From an uncultured Chloroflexia bacterium (lineage in GTDB: Bacteria; Chloroflexota; Limnocylindria; Limnocylindrales; CSP1-4), in the NCBI GenBank assembly GCA_963749705.1, contig CAVVNQ010000010.1, positions 1-64,000 of the forward strand: a stretch of 64,000 nt of DNA, written 5' to 3'. Positions 39,611 through 49,315 of the stretch are shown here, piece by piece. The translations under genes and the position numbers were made by a program. The notes beneath the pieces are model-generated. The model saw nothing but the letters and a program-made list of their open reading frames with translations, searched no databases and had not been told where the DNA came from. Numbering within the stretch: the first letter of the stretch is position 1; each line of letters opens with the position of its first letter.

Positions 39611-41446
39611 GTGGCCATCGACCAGTCCCAGGAATTTCTCGTTCAACCGGTCGACGCGTCCTGGCTTCAATGCAACATCGAATGCCAGGAGGCATGCCCC
39701 GTCGGCACCAACTGCCGGGGCTACCTCAACCTCGCCGCCGAGGGACGCTTCGAGGAGGGGTACATCCTGTCGCGCGAGCCGAACCCGGTCGCTGCGATGT
39801 GCTCGTACGTCTGCTCCGCGCCGTGTGAGCGCGCGTGCCGCCGCGGTGACATCGATCGGCCGCTCGCCATCCGGGCCATGAAGCGGTTCCTGGTCGAATG
39901 GCACGAGGCGTCCGGGATCCCCGACGTGATGCCCCAGATCACGCCTCGTGACGAGCGCGTCGCGGTCGTCGGCGCCGGTCCGGCGGGACTTGCCGTCGCC
40001 CGCGAGCTGGCCACCCGCGGATACCGGGTGACCGTCTACGACAGCCTGCCGTTCGCGGGCGGGACGATGCTGGTCGGGGTGCCGGCGTTCCGGCTGCCGC
40101 GCGAGGCGATCGAGATGGACGTCCGCCTGGTCGAGCGGCTGGGCGTGCGGTTCGTGTTCGATACCAGCATCGGCATCGACATCCCGTTCGAGGATCTCCA
40201 GCGCGACCACGACGCGATCGCGATCACGGCCGGCGCGATGAACCCGGTGTATCTCGACGTGCCGGGTGCGGACCTCGACGGCGTCCAGTACGGCGTCGAC
40301 TTCATGAAGAAGGCGAACCTCGGCCAGGACCTGACCGTCGGTCGCAACGTGGTGGTCATCGGCGGCGGCTACACGGCCATGGACTGCTCGCGGACCAGCC
40401 TTCGCTACGGCGCCGAGAACGTGACCATCGCCTATCGCCGGACGCGGTCCGAGCTCGTCGTGGACGAGGAGGAGCTGGGCGAGACCGAGCGCGAGGGCGT
40501 GAACCTCGAGTTCCTGGTCAGCCCGATCGAGCTCACCGGCGAGGACGGCAGGCTGACCGGCGTGCGGTTCATCCGAAACCGGCTGGGCGAGCCCGACGCC
40601 TCCGGCCGCCGGTCGCCAATCCCCATCCCGGGATCCGAGTTCGTGGTCCCCGCGGACACGGTGATCCCCGCGGTCTCCCAGGCGGCCGACCTGAGCTTCC
40701 TCCCTGTCGAGGCGAACTTCGAGGTCAACCGCGGGCGGCTCAAGGTCGACCCCGCGACGTACGCAACGAACATCCGGGGCGTGTTCGCGTGCGGCGACTT
40801 CGTGACCGGGCCCACCACCCTGATCGAGGCGGCCGGCCACGGCAAGAAGGCGGCCTACGCCGTCGATCGGTACCTCGCCGGCCGGACCGACGTGACGGTC
40901 AGCCCGAACGTCAAGATCACCAGCTCCTGGCGCCATGACATGCCGGAGCTGTACGACGTCCTGCCCCGTCAGCACATCCCGATGGTGGAGCTGCCCGCGC
41001 GGATGCCGTCCACCGATCCGACGGTGAACTTCACGACCCCCGTCGAGCTCGGATACGACGGGACCGCGGCGGTGGCCGAGTCCACCCGCTGCCTGATGTG
41101 CAACTACAACATCTGGTTCGACCCGTTCCGGTGCGTGCTGTGCGGCGCGTGCGCCGACGTCTGCCCGGAGGGGGTCATCCACATGGTGGACGTGAACCAG
41201 CTCAAGACCGAGGGGCTGCAGCCCGAGATCGAGGAGTCCTACGGCTGGTCCCAGGGGGCCGCCATGATCCTCGACGAGGAGCGGTGCATCCGATGTGCGC
41301 TGTGCGTCAAGCGCTGTCCCTTCGATGCCATCACCATGGAGCGGTTCGAGCTCCAGGAGATCTCGAGCGACGGGCGGCTCTACAAGGAGTCGTACCGTGA
41401 TGCCCAACTCGCCGGAACGGCCGGCGTGGCAGGAGGAGCCAGGTGA
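39611..41446 (+). CDS. GltD/DsrL-like FAD and Fe-S NAD(P)H oxidoreductase with C-terminal ferredoxin domain
   Basis: [71 protein letters not shown]; GGAAAGG RBS. Confidence 0.9.
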   Translation: MAIDQSQEFLVQPVDASWLQCNIECQEACPVGTNCRGYLNLAAEGRFEEGYILSREPNPVAAMCSYVCSAPCERACRRGDIDRPLAIRAMKRFLVEWHEASGIPDVMPQITPRDERVAVVGAGPAGLAVARELATRGYRVTVYDSLPFAGGTMLVGVPAFRLPREAIEMDVRLVERLGVRFVFDTSIGIDIPFEDLQRDHDAIAITAGAMNPVYLDVPGADLDGVQYGVDFMKKANLGQDLTVGRNVVVIGGGYTAMDCSRTSLRYGAENVTIAYRRTRSELVVDEEELGETEREGVNLEFLVSPIELTGEDGRLTGVRFIRNRLGEPDASGRRSPIPIPGSEFVVPADTVIPAVSQAADLSFLPVEANFEVNRGRLKVDPATYATNIRGVFACGDFVTGPTTLIEAAGHGKKAAYAVDRYLAGRTDVTVSPNVKITSSWRHDMPELYDVLPRQHIPMVELPARMPSTDPTVNFTTPVELGYDGTAAVAESTRCLMCNYNIWFDPFRCVLCGACADVCPEGVIHMVDVNQLKTEGLQPEIEESYGWSQGAAMILDEERCIRCALCVKRCPFDAITMERFELQEISSDGRLYKESYRDAQLAGTAGVAGGAR

Positions 41447-42171
41447 GTTTCCTGGAGCGGGTCGATCAGAGCATCCGCCGCAGCCCGGTCTGGCGATCGC
41501 TGTTCCGCAACCCGTACCCCAACGACGAGCGGTCGCGGGCGTATGCGGTGATGAACAACGTGTTCCTGCACCTGCACCCGGTGCGCGTGCGGCAGCACGC
41601 GGTCAAGTTCGCCTACACGTTCTGCCTGGGCGGCCTGAGCTTCTTCCTGTTCCTCGTGCTCACCGTGACCGGCGTGTACCTGATGTTCTTCTACATCCCG
41701 TCGGAGACGCAGGCGTACTCGAACATCCTGGACATCCAGAGCCGGGTGGCGTTCGGCCTGCTGACCCGCAACATCCACCGGTGGGCCGCCCACCTGATGG
41801 TGTTCTTCGTGTTCCTGCACATGATGCGGGTCTTCTACCACGGGGCCTACAAGCCGCCGCGCGAGTTCAACTGGGTCGTGGGCGTCGTGCTCCTGTACCT
41901 GACCATCCTGCTCAGCTTCACCGGCTACCTGCTGCCGTGGGACCAGATCGCGTACTGGGCGATCACGATCGGCACCAACATGGCCGGCTACGCGCCGCTG
42001 TTCAACACCCCGACCAAGCTGCTGCTGCTGGGTGGGATCGAGGTCGGCCAGAACACGCTGCTGCGGTTCTACGTGCTCCACATCATGGTGTTCCCGCTGG
42101 TTGCGGCGGTGTTCCTGGCGGTGCACTTCTGGCGCATCCGCAAAGATGGAGGGATCTCGGGACCGCTATGA
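41443..42171 (+). CDS. petB: Cytochrome b6-type subunit of a Rieske/cytochrome b complex
   Basis: FCLGG (heme ci Cys), [22 protein letters not shown]-x14-H. Confidence 0.9.
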   Translation: MSFLERVDQSIRRSPVWRSLFRNPYPNDERSRAYAVMNNVFLHLHPVRVRQHAVKFAYTFCLGGLSFFLFLVLTVTGVYLMFFYIPSETQAYSNILDIQSRVAFGLLTRNIHRWAAHLMVFFVFLHMMRVFYHGAYKPPREFNWVVGVVLLYLTILLSFTGYLLPWDQIAYWAITIGTNMAGYAPLFNTPTKLLLLGGIEVGQNTLLRFYVLHIMVFPLVAAVFLAVHFWRIRKDGGISGPL

Positions 42172-42296
42172 CCAGCCATCGCCGCGTTGTCGCCTCCGCC
42201 CCTCGCTCACGCACCACTGAGTGCGCTCGCTCGGGTGCTCCCCTGCGCCTTCGCTACTCGCCGGCTCCTAGCGGCCCAGAGGGCTCATTCGATGAC
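42168..42296. mobile_element. Putative small (119 bp) REP/MITE-like insert flanked by duplicated ATGAC
   Basis: ATGAC at 42168-42172 (petB stop) and 42292-42296 (subunit IV start); internal CGCAC..GTGCG hairpin and CTCGCTC repeats. Confidence 0.4.
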
Positions 42297-42909
42297 TGAG
42301 ACGAAGAAGCCGTCCGAGAGCCGGGTGGTCCTGCCGGTCGACCCGGCTCGAAGGACCGAGATCGACAAGCAGCGGGTGCCGATGTCGGCGCGCCCGTACC
42401 GCCTGCTGGCCCTGGTCAAGCAGGACGCCGTCGTGCGGGTCCAGAAGGAGCCCGACGACACGGTCATGACCTGGCCGCACCTGGTCAGCATCGAGTTCCT
42501 CGCGGCGGCCATGATGAGCATCCTGCTGCTGCTGATGGGCCTGTTCATCAACGCCCCGCTCGAGGACCTTGCCAACGGCAACGTCACGCCGGCGGTCGCC
42601 AAGGCCCCCTGGTACTTCCTCGGGCTGCAGGAGCTGCTCGCCTACTTCCATCCCACCGTGGCGGGCGTGATGGTGCCGACGTTCGTGGCCCTCGGCGGGA
42701 TCGCGCTCCCGTTCGTCGACCGGGGCAACATCCACGCCAACCGTCCCTCGGATCGGAAGACCGCCGTCGTGCTGTTCTCGCTGCTGTGCACGCTCGGGCT
42801 GTTCCTGACATTCGTCGCGATCTTCTTCCGGGGTCCCGGCTACTCGTTCGTCATCCCGTACCTCGAGTTCTTCTCGATCGGGACACCGGGCCTTCACTTC
42901 GCCCTCTGA
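42292..42909 (+). CDS. petD: Cytochrome b C-terminal subunit (subunit IV/PetD-like)
   Basis: TWPHLV, APLEDLAN..TP..KAPWYFLGLQELL, LPFVD. Confidence 0.85.
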   Translation: MTETKKPSESRVVLPVDPARRTEIDKQRVPMSARPYRLLALVKQDAVVRVQKEPDDTVMTWPHLVSIEFLAAAMMSILLLLMGLFINAPLEDLANGNVTPAVAKAPWYFLGLQELLAYFHPTVAGVMVPTFVALGGIALPFVDRGNIHANRPSDRKTAVVLFSLLCTLGLFLTFVAIFFRGPGYSFVIPYLEFFSIGTPGLHFAL

Positions 42910-42925
42910 TCCGAAGGAACCGCGC

Positions 42926-43600
42926 ATGAGCAACTACCACGTCGAGCCCGTCCACAAGTCGCAGGCCCTCACGACCGAAGCCATCAAGGCCCTGCGCCAC
43001 GAGCAGGTCCAGGGCGTCTCCCGGCGCGAGCTGCTCCGCGGCTCGCTGGCCGCCGGCATGGGCCTGTGGCTGCTCGAGGTCACCGCCGGGACGATCGGCT
43101 TCCTGTGGCCCAACCTCGAGGGCAAGTTCGGCGGCGAGGTCAAGATCGGCACCTTCGACGACGTGAAGCTCGCCAACGCATCGCTGCCCGTCGACCAGGG
43201 GTTCCCCGCGTACTACTCGGAGGCCAAGGCCTTCGTGGTCCTGATCGACCCGTCGCAGCAGCGGTTCATCCCCGGCAGCGACACGACCGGCGACGGCACC
43301 GCCGAGAACGTCCGTGCGCTGTACCAGCGATGTCCGCACCTTGGCTGCAAGCCGAATCCGTGCATCAAGAACTTCTGGCTCGAATGCCCGTGCCACGGAT
43401 CGCGCTACGACCGGCTGGGCATCAAGGCCCTCGGGCCCCAGTACGGACCTGCCCCCCGGAGCATGGATCGCTTCGCGACCCGCGTGGATCCCGATGGCAC
43501 GCTGATCATCAACACCGGCAAGATCACCCTCGGTCCGCTGCCGGTCGCGGTCGGCCAGCCGGGGATCATCCCTCCGCGCACCCCGACCGGCTGCATCTGA
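42926..43600 (+). CDS. petC: Rieske 2Fe-2S subunit
   Basis: Tat-like SRRELL plus TM; CPHLGC and CPCHGSRY; GPAPR. Confidence 0.93.
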   Translation: MSNYHVEPVHKSQALTTEAIKALRHEQVQGVSRRELLRGSLAAGMGLWLLEVTAGTIGFLWPNLEGKFGGEVKIGTFDDVKLANASLPVDQGFPAYYSEAKAFVVLIDPSQQRFIPGSDTTGDGTAENVRALYQRCPHLGCKPNPCIKNFWLECPCHGSRYDRLGIKALGPQYGPAPRSMDRFATRVDPDGTLIINTGKITLGPLPVAVGQPGIIPPRTPTGCI

Positions 43601-43636
43601 GCCGCCCGTGACCCCGCCCGCCCACCGAGGAGACCG

Positions 43637-44707
43637 ATGACCGACCAGCCCGGCCGCCCGCCCGAGGAGCGCCTGCCCGCCCCACGGCCGTCGTCCGCAC
43701 CGGTCCCGGCCGAGCGCTTCTCCGCGCCGCCGTCGGCCCACCGCAACGACCTGACGCCAGACCGCGCCGCGAGGATCGTCCGGCAGTCCGCCAACGCGCG
43801 CTGGGTCGGATTCCTCGCCGTCACGGTCGTGGCGCTGTTCGTCATCGCGTACTACTTCTATGAGCTCGGCCTGCCCGGCGGGCTGTCGGAGGCGCGCCTC
43901 CAGCAGCAGGCGGACGCCCAGCAGGTCACGTCGATCCAGCGCGGCTACAACATCTACCAGGCCAACTGTGCGCAGTGCCACGGGGTCAACGGCGAGGGCG
44001 GCAAGGGGCCGACCCTCAATCGGCAGGACAAGCTGTTCGCGCACCTGAACCCGGCCTACATCCACACGATGCTCCAGGTCGGCGGCCGGTACGCCTGCGG
44101 CAACCCGAACAGCATCATGCCCATCTGGTCCAACACCGGGAGCCCGCCCGGACCGCTCAACTACAAGCAGATCGAGGACCTGATCAACTTCATCCGGGCG
44201 TCGAAGGATCAGACCTACACGGTCCTCGACGCGTCGCTGTTCGAGCCCGTGATCGACCCCGCGACCGGCAAGGAGAAGACGTTCACGGGCTGGGTCGATC
44301 CCAACTACAAGCCGGACCCGGGCGCGACGCCGTTCCCGGCCTGCTGGTCCGACGAGTTCAGCCAGCCCGCCGCCTCCGCGTCGCCCGGGGCGTCCAGCGC
44401 GCCGGGAGCATCCGAGGCGCCATCGGGCACGGTCGTCAAGGAGAGCGCGCTCAACATCGCGTTCGAGAACGGCTCGCTGAGCGCGCCGGCCGACAGCGCG
44501 TTCCAGATCGAGTTCGAGAACAAGGACGCGGGGATCCCGCACAACATCGCGATCAAGGATCCGTCGGGCACGGAGGTGTTCAAGGGCGACATCGTCACCG
44601 GGCCGACGACCGTCACCTACGACGTCCCGGCGCTCCCCGCCGGCACCTACACGTTCACCTGCACGGTGCACCCGAACATGACCGGCACGCTCACGGTGGG
44701 GGGCTGA
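43637..44707 (+). CDS. Membrane-anchored cytochrome c - cupredoxin fusion
   Basis: TM, CAQCH with distal Met (IMP), Ser/Ala/Pro linker, type-1 Cu motif PHN...CTVHPNM. Confidence 0.88.
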   Translation: MTDQPGRPPEERLPAPRPSSAPVPAERFSAPPSAHRNDLTPDRAARIVRQSANARWVGFLAVTVVALFVIAYYFYELGLPGGLSEARLQQQADAQQVTSIQRGYNIYQANCAQCHGVNGEGGKGPTLNRQDKLFAHLNPAYIHTMLQVGGRYACGNPNSIMPIWSNTGSPPGPLNYKQIEDLINFIRASKDQTYTVLDASLFEPVIDPATGKEKTFTGWVDPNYKPDPGATPFPACWSDEFSQPAASASPGASSAPGASEAPSGTVVKESALNIAFENGSLSAPADSAFQIEFENKDAGIPHNIAIKDPSGTEVFKGDIVTGPTTVTYDVPALPAGTYTFTCTVHPNMTGTLTVGG

Positions 44708-44710
44708 CCG

Positions 44711-46153
44711 ATGACGCAGTCGCTGCTTCCGGCTCCGCGCCCCGCCGCGGCACCCCGCCGGCGCGCATTCTTCGGCGTGTTCGACGCCGACGGCTGGGGC
44801 TGGGCCTCGGTCAAGGCCTTCTTCTGGTTCATCATGCTCATCGTCCTGCTGGGCTACATCCCGGACCGCGCCTACTACTTCACGGTGCAGCGCACCGTCG
44901 ATGTCGGGCTGCTGGGCTGGTCGCCGATCAACTTCTGCCCGCCGGCGAACGAGACGCTGCCCTGCCCGGCCCCGGTCGGGGCCACCCTCCCATGGCATCC
45001 GTCGCCCACCGAGATCCAGCTTCCTGCCGGCCGGACCGACGGAGCGGCGGCGGCGCTGGGGAAGACCTACCTCTACGTCGGCGGCAGTGACGGGACCGCG
45101 GCAACGGACACCGTGTTCGTGTCGCACCCGGTCGGGGACGGCAACCTCGACAAGTGGACGGCCGGTCCGAGCCTGCCGGCGCCACGAACCGATGCGGCAT
45201 CCGTGGTCGTGGGCAGCACCCTGTACGTGATCGGCGGTGCCGATGCCACGGGAGCGCCGACGAATACGGTGTTCAGCATCACGGTCGACAACGACGGCGT
45301 GCTCGGCGAATGGACGCCGGAGGACGCCATCGCGCTCCCCGCGCCGCGAGCCGGGGCTTCGGCGGTCGCCGTGTCCGACGGGATCGTCGTGATGGGTGGT
45401 GCCGACGCCAACGGGCCGACCACGAATGTCTGGAAGTCGCAGCAGGACAAGAGCGGCGCGCTCCAGGCCTGGACCGACCAGTCGTCGCTGTTCGAGGAGA
45501 ACGTCGATGGCACCGCGATCCACGTGGGCGAGGTGATCTTCCTGATCGGCGGACGGAACGCGGCGGGCCCGGTGGCCACCGTCCAGCAGGGGCTGGTCGG
45601 CGGACCGTCGGCCACGACGGACGACCCGAACGCGATCTCGGCCGCGTGGCGTGCGAGCGAGCAGACCAACCTGCCGGCGGCCCGGACCAACGCGACCTCG
45701 TTCAGCGCGAATGGCGCGCTCTATGTCCAGGGTGGCAGCGATTCCACCGGCGCGCGCCCCGAGACGTGGTGGGCGACCCCCGACGCAGACGGCGTGATCC
45801 CCGAGTGGCATCACCTCTCGCAGCTCGACCTGGGGCAGGGCATCGACGGCGGCGCCGCGTTCACGGCCGGACCGTACGCGTTCATCGTGGGCGGCCGGAC
45901 GGCCTCCGGGTTGACGGGTTCCGCAGCCAGGGCGTACCTCGCGCCGGAGGAGCCGTTCTTCCAGCTGGGCGTCCTGGGCGCGACGATCCCGGCACTCAAG
46001 CTGAGTGGCGAGATCGGCCAGCAGCTCGGCTACCTCAGCGCCGCGGGAGCCGGGACCGTGAACTTCGTCGCGCTGCTGCTCATCGGCTGGGCGTTCGCGC
46101 ACAAGGAGCGCGTCCGGGAGATGATCGGCAACCGCCGGCGCCGCCGGACCTGA
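44711..46153 (+). CDS. Membrane-anchored Kelch-repeat beta-propeller protein
   Basis: Repeated LYVGG/YVIGG/VMGG/LIGG/VQGG/IVGG blades with W and LPAxR; N- and C-terminal TMs; 3 bp after the cytochrome c gene. Confidence 0.8.
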   Translation: MTQSLLPAPRPAAAPRRRAFFGVFDADGWGWASVKAFFWFIMLIVLLGYIPDRAYYFTVQRTVDVGLLGWSPINFCPPANETLPCPAPVGATLPWHPSPTEIQLPAGRTDGAAAALGKTYLYVGGSDGTAATDTVFVSHPVGDGNLDKWTAGPSLPAPRTDAASVVVGSTLYVIGGADATGAPTNTVFSITVDNDGVLGEWTPEDAIALPAPRAGASAVAVSDGIVVMGGADANGPTTNVWKSQQDKSGALQAWTDQSSLFEENVDGTAIHVGEVIFLIGGRNAAGPVATVQQGLVGGPSATTDDPNAISAAWRASEQTNLPAARTNATSFSANGALYVQGGSDSTGARPETWWATPDADGVIPEWHHLSQLDLGQGIDGGAAFTAGPYAFIVGGRTASGLTGSAARAYLAPEEPFFQLGVLGATIPALKLSGEIGQQLGYLSAAGAGTVNFVALLLIGWAFAHKERVREMIGNRRRRRT

Positions 46154-46265
46154 TCCGGGTGCCGCGGGGCTACCTGCGGCCGAGCCGGCGCACGGGCGAG
46201 ATCGGATCGCTCGCGGCCGAGACACCGCGACGCGTGCCGCAGCGTCCCGTCCGGCCGTCGACCCG

Positions 46266-46622
46266 CTATCCGTCCGCGGGTTGGACCGGTCCGCGCGCAA
46301 CGGGCAGCCCCATGCGCTCCCAGGTGCTGATGCCACCCGCGATGTTGGCAACGTCCGTCCAGCCGGACGCAAGCAGGTGGCCCGTGACGTTCGCCGACCG
46401 GTTGCCGGTCGCGCAGATCACCAGCACCGGCCGATCCCTGGGCACCTCGTCGAGACGGGCGCCGAGCTGCGACATCGGGATGAACAGCGATCCCTCGATC
46501 CGGACCTGGAGGTACTCGTCGCGCTCGCGGACGTCGAGGACGACCGCCGGTCGCACGGGGTCGCTGCGGCGGATGTCGGCATACAGCGGGTCGAGGGCGG
46601 GGATCCCCTGGGGACGGTTCAT
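46266..46622 (-). CDS. Rhodanese-like domain protein
   Basis: LDVRERDEY, ICATGNRS, GGISTW. Confidence 0.9.
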   Translation of the reverse strand: MNRPQGIPALDPLYADIRRSDPVRPAVVLDVRERDEYLQVRIEGSLFIPMSQLGARLDEVPRDRPVLVICATGNRSANVTGHLLASGWTDVANIAGGISTWERMGLPVARGPVQPADG

Positions 46623-47053
46623 TCGGCTGCGGTCCTCCGGATGGCGGGTGGCGTTTCGGCGAGCTGCGGATCCGCGAGGCGTGCGTCCACGTCGGCGAGG
46701 AGGCGGGTGACGTCGACACCCCAGGCATCGGCCGCATCGACGGCCAGGGCGAGGTGGCGACGGGCCCCGTCGAGGTTCCTCGCGACGCCTGCGGGATTGC
46801 CGCGAACCGCGTGCACGTAGGCGGCCGCGACCTTGATCAGGCCCTGGTGAAGGGCCCGCTCCGCGAGGTCATCGCTGCCCATCCAGGCAGGCTCGAGGAT
46901 CTCGTGCGCCGCGAAGAAGTCACCCCGGGCATATGCCGCGAGGCCTGCCGTGAGGGCGTCCCGTCGCGTCTCCTCCGGCAGCGGGCGGTACGCCTTGTCG
47001 CGGTCCCCCTGCCGGATCGTGACCCGGCGATTGGAACGAGGCGCGGTCGGCAT
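46619..47053 (-). CDS. DUF309 family protein
   Basis: GDFFAAHEILEPAW..QGLIKVAAAYVH; TACACT 7 nt before ATG. Confidence 0.85.
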   Translation of the reverse strand: MPTAPRSNRRVTIRQGDRDKAYRPLPEETRRDALTAGLAAYARGDFFAAHEILEPAWMGSDDLAERALHQGLIKVAAAYVHAVRGNPAGVARNLDGARRHLALAVDAADAWGVDVTRLLADVDARLADPQLAETPPAIRRTAAE

Positions 47054-47109
47054 GCGCGCGAGTGTAGCGGCGCGGGTCGCGGAGGACCGACAAGCGCGTG
47101 CGGACGCGC

Positions 47110-47553
47110 TCAGGCGCGGGCTGCCTCGTCCGGCAGGTGCGCGAGCGGCCGGCGACCCGCGAACCCCTCGTCGTGCCGGTGCCAGAACCCGATGCTCGCC
47201 TCGCCGATTCGCCAGCACAGCCAGACCTGGCGGCCGCTCGCGAGCGCCGGGAAGTCGAGCAGCCCGGTGGAGATGTCGCGAAGCACGATCGATCGCTCGT
47301 CGAGCCACGCGACGTCGGCCTGCATCTGGTCGACGATGCCGCGCATCCGGAGCCGCAGCCGCCGCAGCTCGGCGTCGTCAGCCTCGGCATCGGGGGTCTC
47401 CGCGATCGTCTCGCCGACGACGATGCTCTCGCGCTCGCGGTAGGCATCGCGCAATCCGACCAGCTCGTCCCGCTGGTCACGGAGGCGCTCGACGACCACC
47501 GCAAGCTCGGGAACCAGGGCATTGGCGTCGTCGAGCGAGAAGAACCTTGACAC
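47110..47553 (-). CDS. DUF2203 family protein
   Basis: FSLDDANALVP, LRDISTGLLDFP, LCWRIGE..WH..GFAGRRP. Confidence 0.85.
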   Translation of the reverse strand: MSRFFSLDDANALVPELAVVVERLRDQRDELVGLRDAYRERESIVVGETIAETPDAEADDAELRRLRLRMRGIVDQMQADVAWLDERSIVLRDISTGLLDFPALASGRQVWLCWRIGEASIGFWHRHDEGFAGRRPLAHLPDEAARA

Positions 47554-47687
47554 CCGGAGATTGTACCGGCGCTCGCCCGTACGCCCGTCTGTCCGCACCA
47601 TGACCGATGACCGGACGAAATGACCGGATCGGGGGAGTGGCCGTCGCCGGGACCTCGGGCACACTGGGGATCCCGCAGGGAGAGGCC

Positions 47688-49208
47688 GTGTTCATCCACC
47701 TTCGTCAGCCGTTCCTCGTGCGTCTCGCCGTCGTCGTCGCCTTCCTCGTGGCGGTCACGTCGATCCAGGCGATGGCCCCGGCACCCGCGTTGGCCGCGTC
47801 GACGATGACCACGGCGTGCTCCGGGGTCAATCTCCGGACCCGTCCGACGACCGCATCCACGACCAAGGTTCGCCTGGCCGCCGGGACCCGGGTGGTCGTG
47901 GTCGCCAAGGTCACCGGCGGCTCGTGGCGGACGAGCTGCGGCGGCCGAGCTGCATCAGGCAGGACGTGGTACCGGGTGTCATCGATCAACGGCCGCAGCG
48001 TGCGGTCGCGCTACGGGGTCTCGTATCTCTACGTGGCAACGAGCCTGCTCAAGGCGGTGTCGACCACGACCTCGTCGACCTCGAGCACCTCGACCACGCT
48101 GGCGGCGCGCTGCGATGCGGTGAACCTGCGGACCAGCGCCACCACGGCCGCGACGTCGAAGGCGAAGATCGCGTCGGGCACGATCGTCGTCGCCACGGCC
48201 AAGGTCAGCGGCGGAGCCTGGAAGACGTCGTGCACCGGCTCCACGGTCAGTGCGAGCACCTGGTACCGGATCACCTCCGTCAACGGCCGGTCCGTCTCGT
48301 CGCTGTACGGCGTGAGCTATGTCTACGCCGCGACGAGCCTGTTCAAGACTGCGACGGTCGCCCCGGCACCCACGCCCAGCCCGACCCCGACACCGAAACC
48401 AACCCCGACCCCGACGCCGAAACCAACCCCGACCCCGACACCGAAACCAACGCCCACGCCCACGCCCACGCCGACGCCAACCCCGACGCCGACTCCGACA
48501 CCCACGCCGACCCCGACACCGGCATCCACGCCCGGCCCGACGCCGACCGCGACCCCCACGCCGTCGCCCAGCCCGACGTACATCGAGGGCATCGACGTCA
48601 GCCACTGGCAGGGCCCGATCGACTGGGCCGCGGTTGCCGGGTCCGGGCGCACGTTCGCGTTCCTCAAGGCCACCGAATCGACCGACTTCTCGGACTCGAC
48701 CTATGCCGCCAACCGAGCCCAGGCCAATGCGGCGGGTCTCGTGATCGGTGCCTACCACTTCGCCCAGCCCGATGCCACGCCGGGCGATGCCGCCGCCGAG
48801 GCCGATCACTTCGTCGATACGGCCCAGCCCGCGAGCGGCGACCTGCCGCCGGTGCTCGACCTCGAGGTATCAGGCGGGCTGTCGGTCACGGACCTGACCG
48901 CGTGGGTCCAGGCATACCTCGACCGGGTGTACGAGCGGACGGGCGTGCGCGCGATGCTGTACTTCTCGCCGGCGTTCTGGACCAAGTACCTGGGCGGCAC
49001 CACGGTGTTCGCAACCGGCGGCTACCAGACGCTGTGGATCGCGCACTGGACGACCGGATCCGCGCCCACCGTGCCGGCCGAGAACTGGGGCGGCAACGGC
49101 TGGACGTTCTGGCAGTACACCTCGAGCGGGACCGTGCCCGGGATCTCGGGCAACGTCGACCTCGACCGCTATCGCTTCGACGACCTGGCGAAGGTCCGGA
49201 TCCCGTAA
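47688..49208 (+). CDS. Secreted GH25 lysozyme with two SH3-like repeats and PT linker
   Basis: Signal peptide; [38 protein letters not shown]. Confidence 0.92.
   Translation: MFIHLRQPFLVRLAVVVAFLVAVTSIQAMAPAPALAASTMTTACSGVNLRTRPTTASTTKVRLAAGTRVVVVAKVTGGSWRTSCGGRAASGRTWYRVSSINGRSVRSRYGVSYLYVATSLLKAVSTTTSSTSSTSTTLAARCDAVNLRTSATTAATSKAKIASGTIVVATAKVSGGAWKTSCTGSTVSASTWYRITSVNGRSVSSLYGVSYVYAATSLFKTATVAPAPTPSPTPTPKPTPTPTPKPTPTPTPKPTPTPTPTPTPTPTPTPTPTPTPTPASTPGPTPTATPTPSPSPTYIEGIDVSHWQGPIDWAAVAGSGRTFAFLKATESTDFSDSTYAANRAQANAAGLVIGAYHFAQPDATPGDAAAEADHFVDTAQPASGDLPPVLDLEVSGGLSVTDLTAWVQAYLDRVYERTGVRAMLYFSPAFWTKYLGGTTVFATGGYQTLWIAHWTTGSAPTVPAENWGGNGWTFWQYTSSGTVPGISGNVDLDRYRFDDLAKVRIP
48365..48578 (+). 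repeat. Pro-Thr linker repeat within the GH25 gene
   Basis: Degenerate repeats encoding [11 protein letters not shown]. Confidence 0.85.
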
Positions 49209-49315
49209 CGACCGTCGGGCGACTGCCGGGTCCCACCCGACATGACCACGATGGCCGGCACCGCGCCACGGCAGGGTACGGCCCGCTGCCGCCCATCCAA
49301 TAGACTGCTCCGCAC

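Noticed and set aside
39611-41446. Glutamate synthase small subunit or a Dsr pathway
   Set aside because: No gltB or dsr genes nearby; the gene overlaps cytochrome b instead
47590-47690. c-di-AMP (ydaO) riboswitch upstream of the GH25 gene
   Set aside because: The context fits, but the conserved consensus blocks are not recognisable
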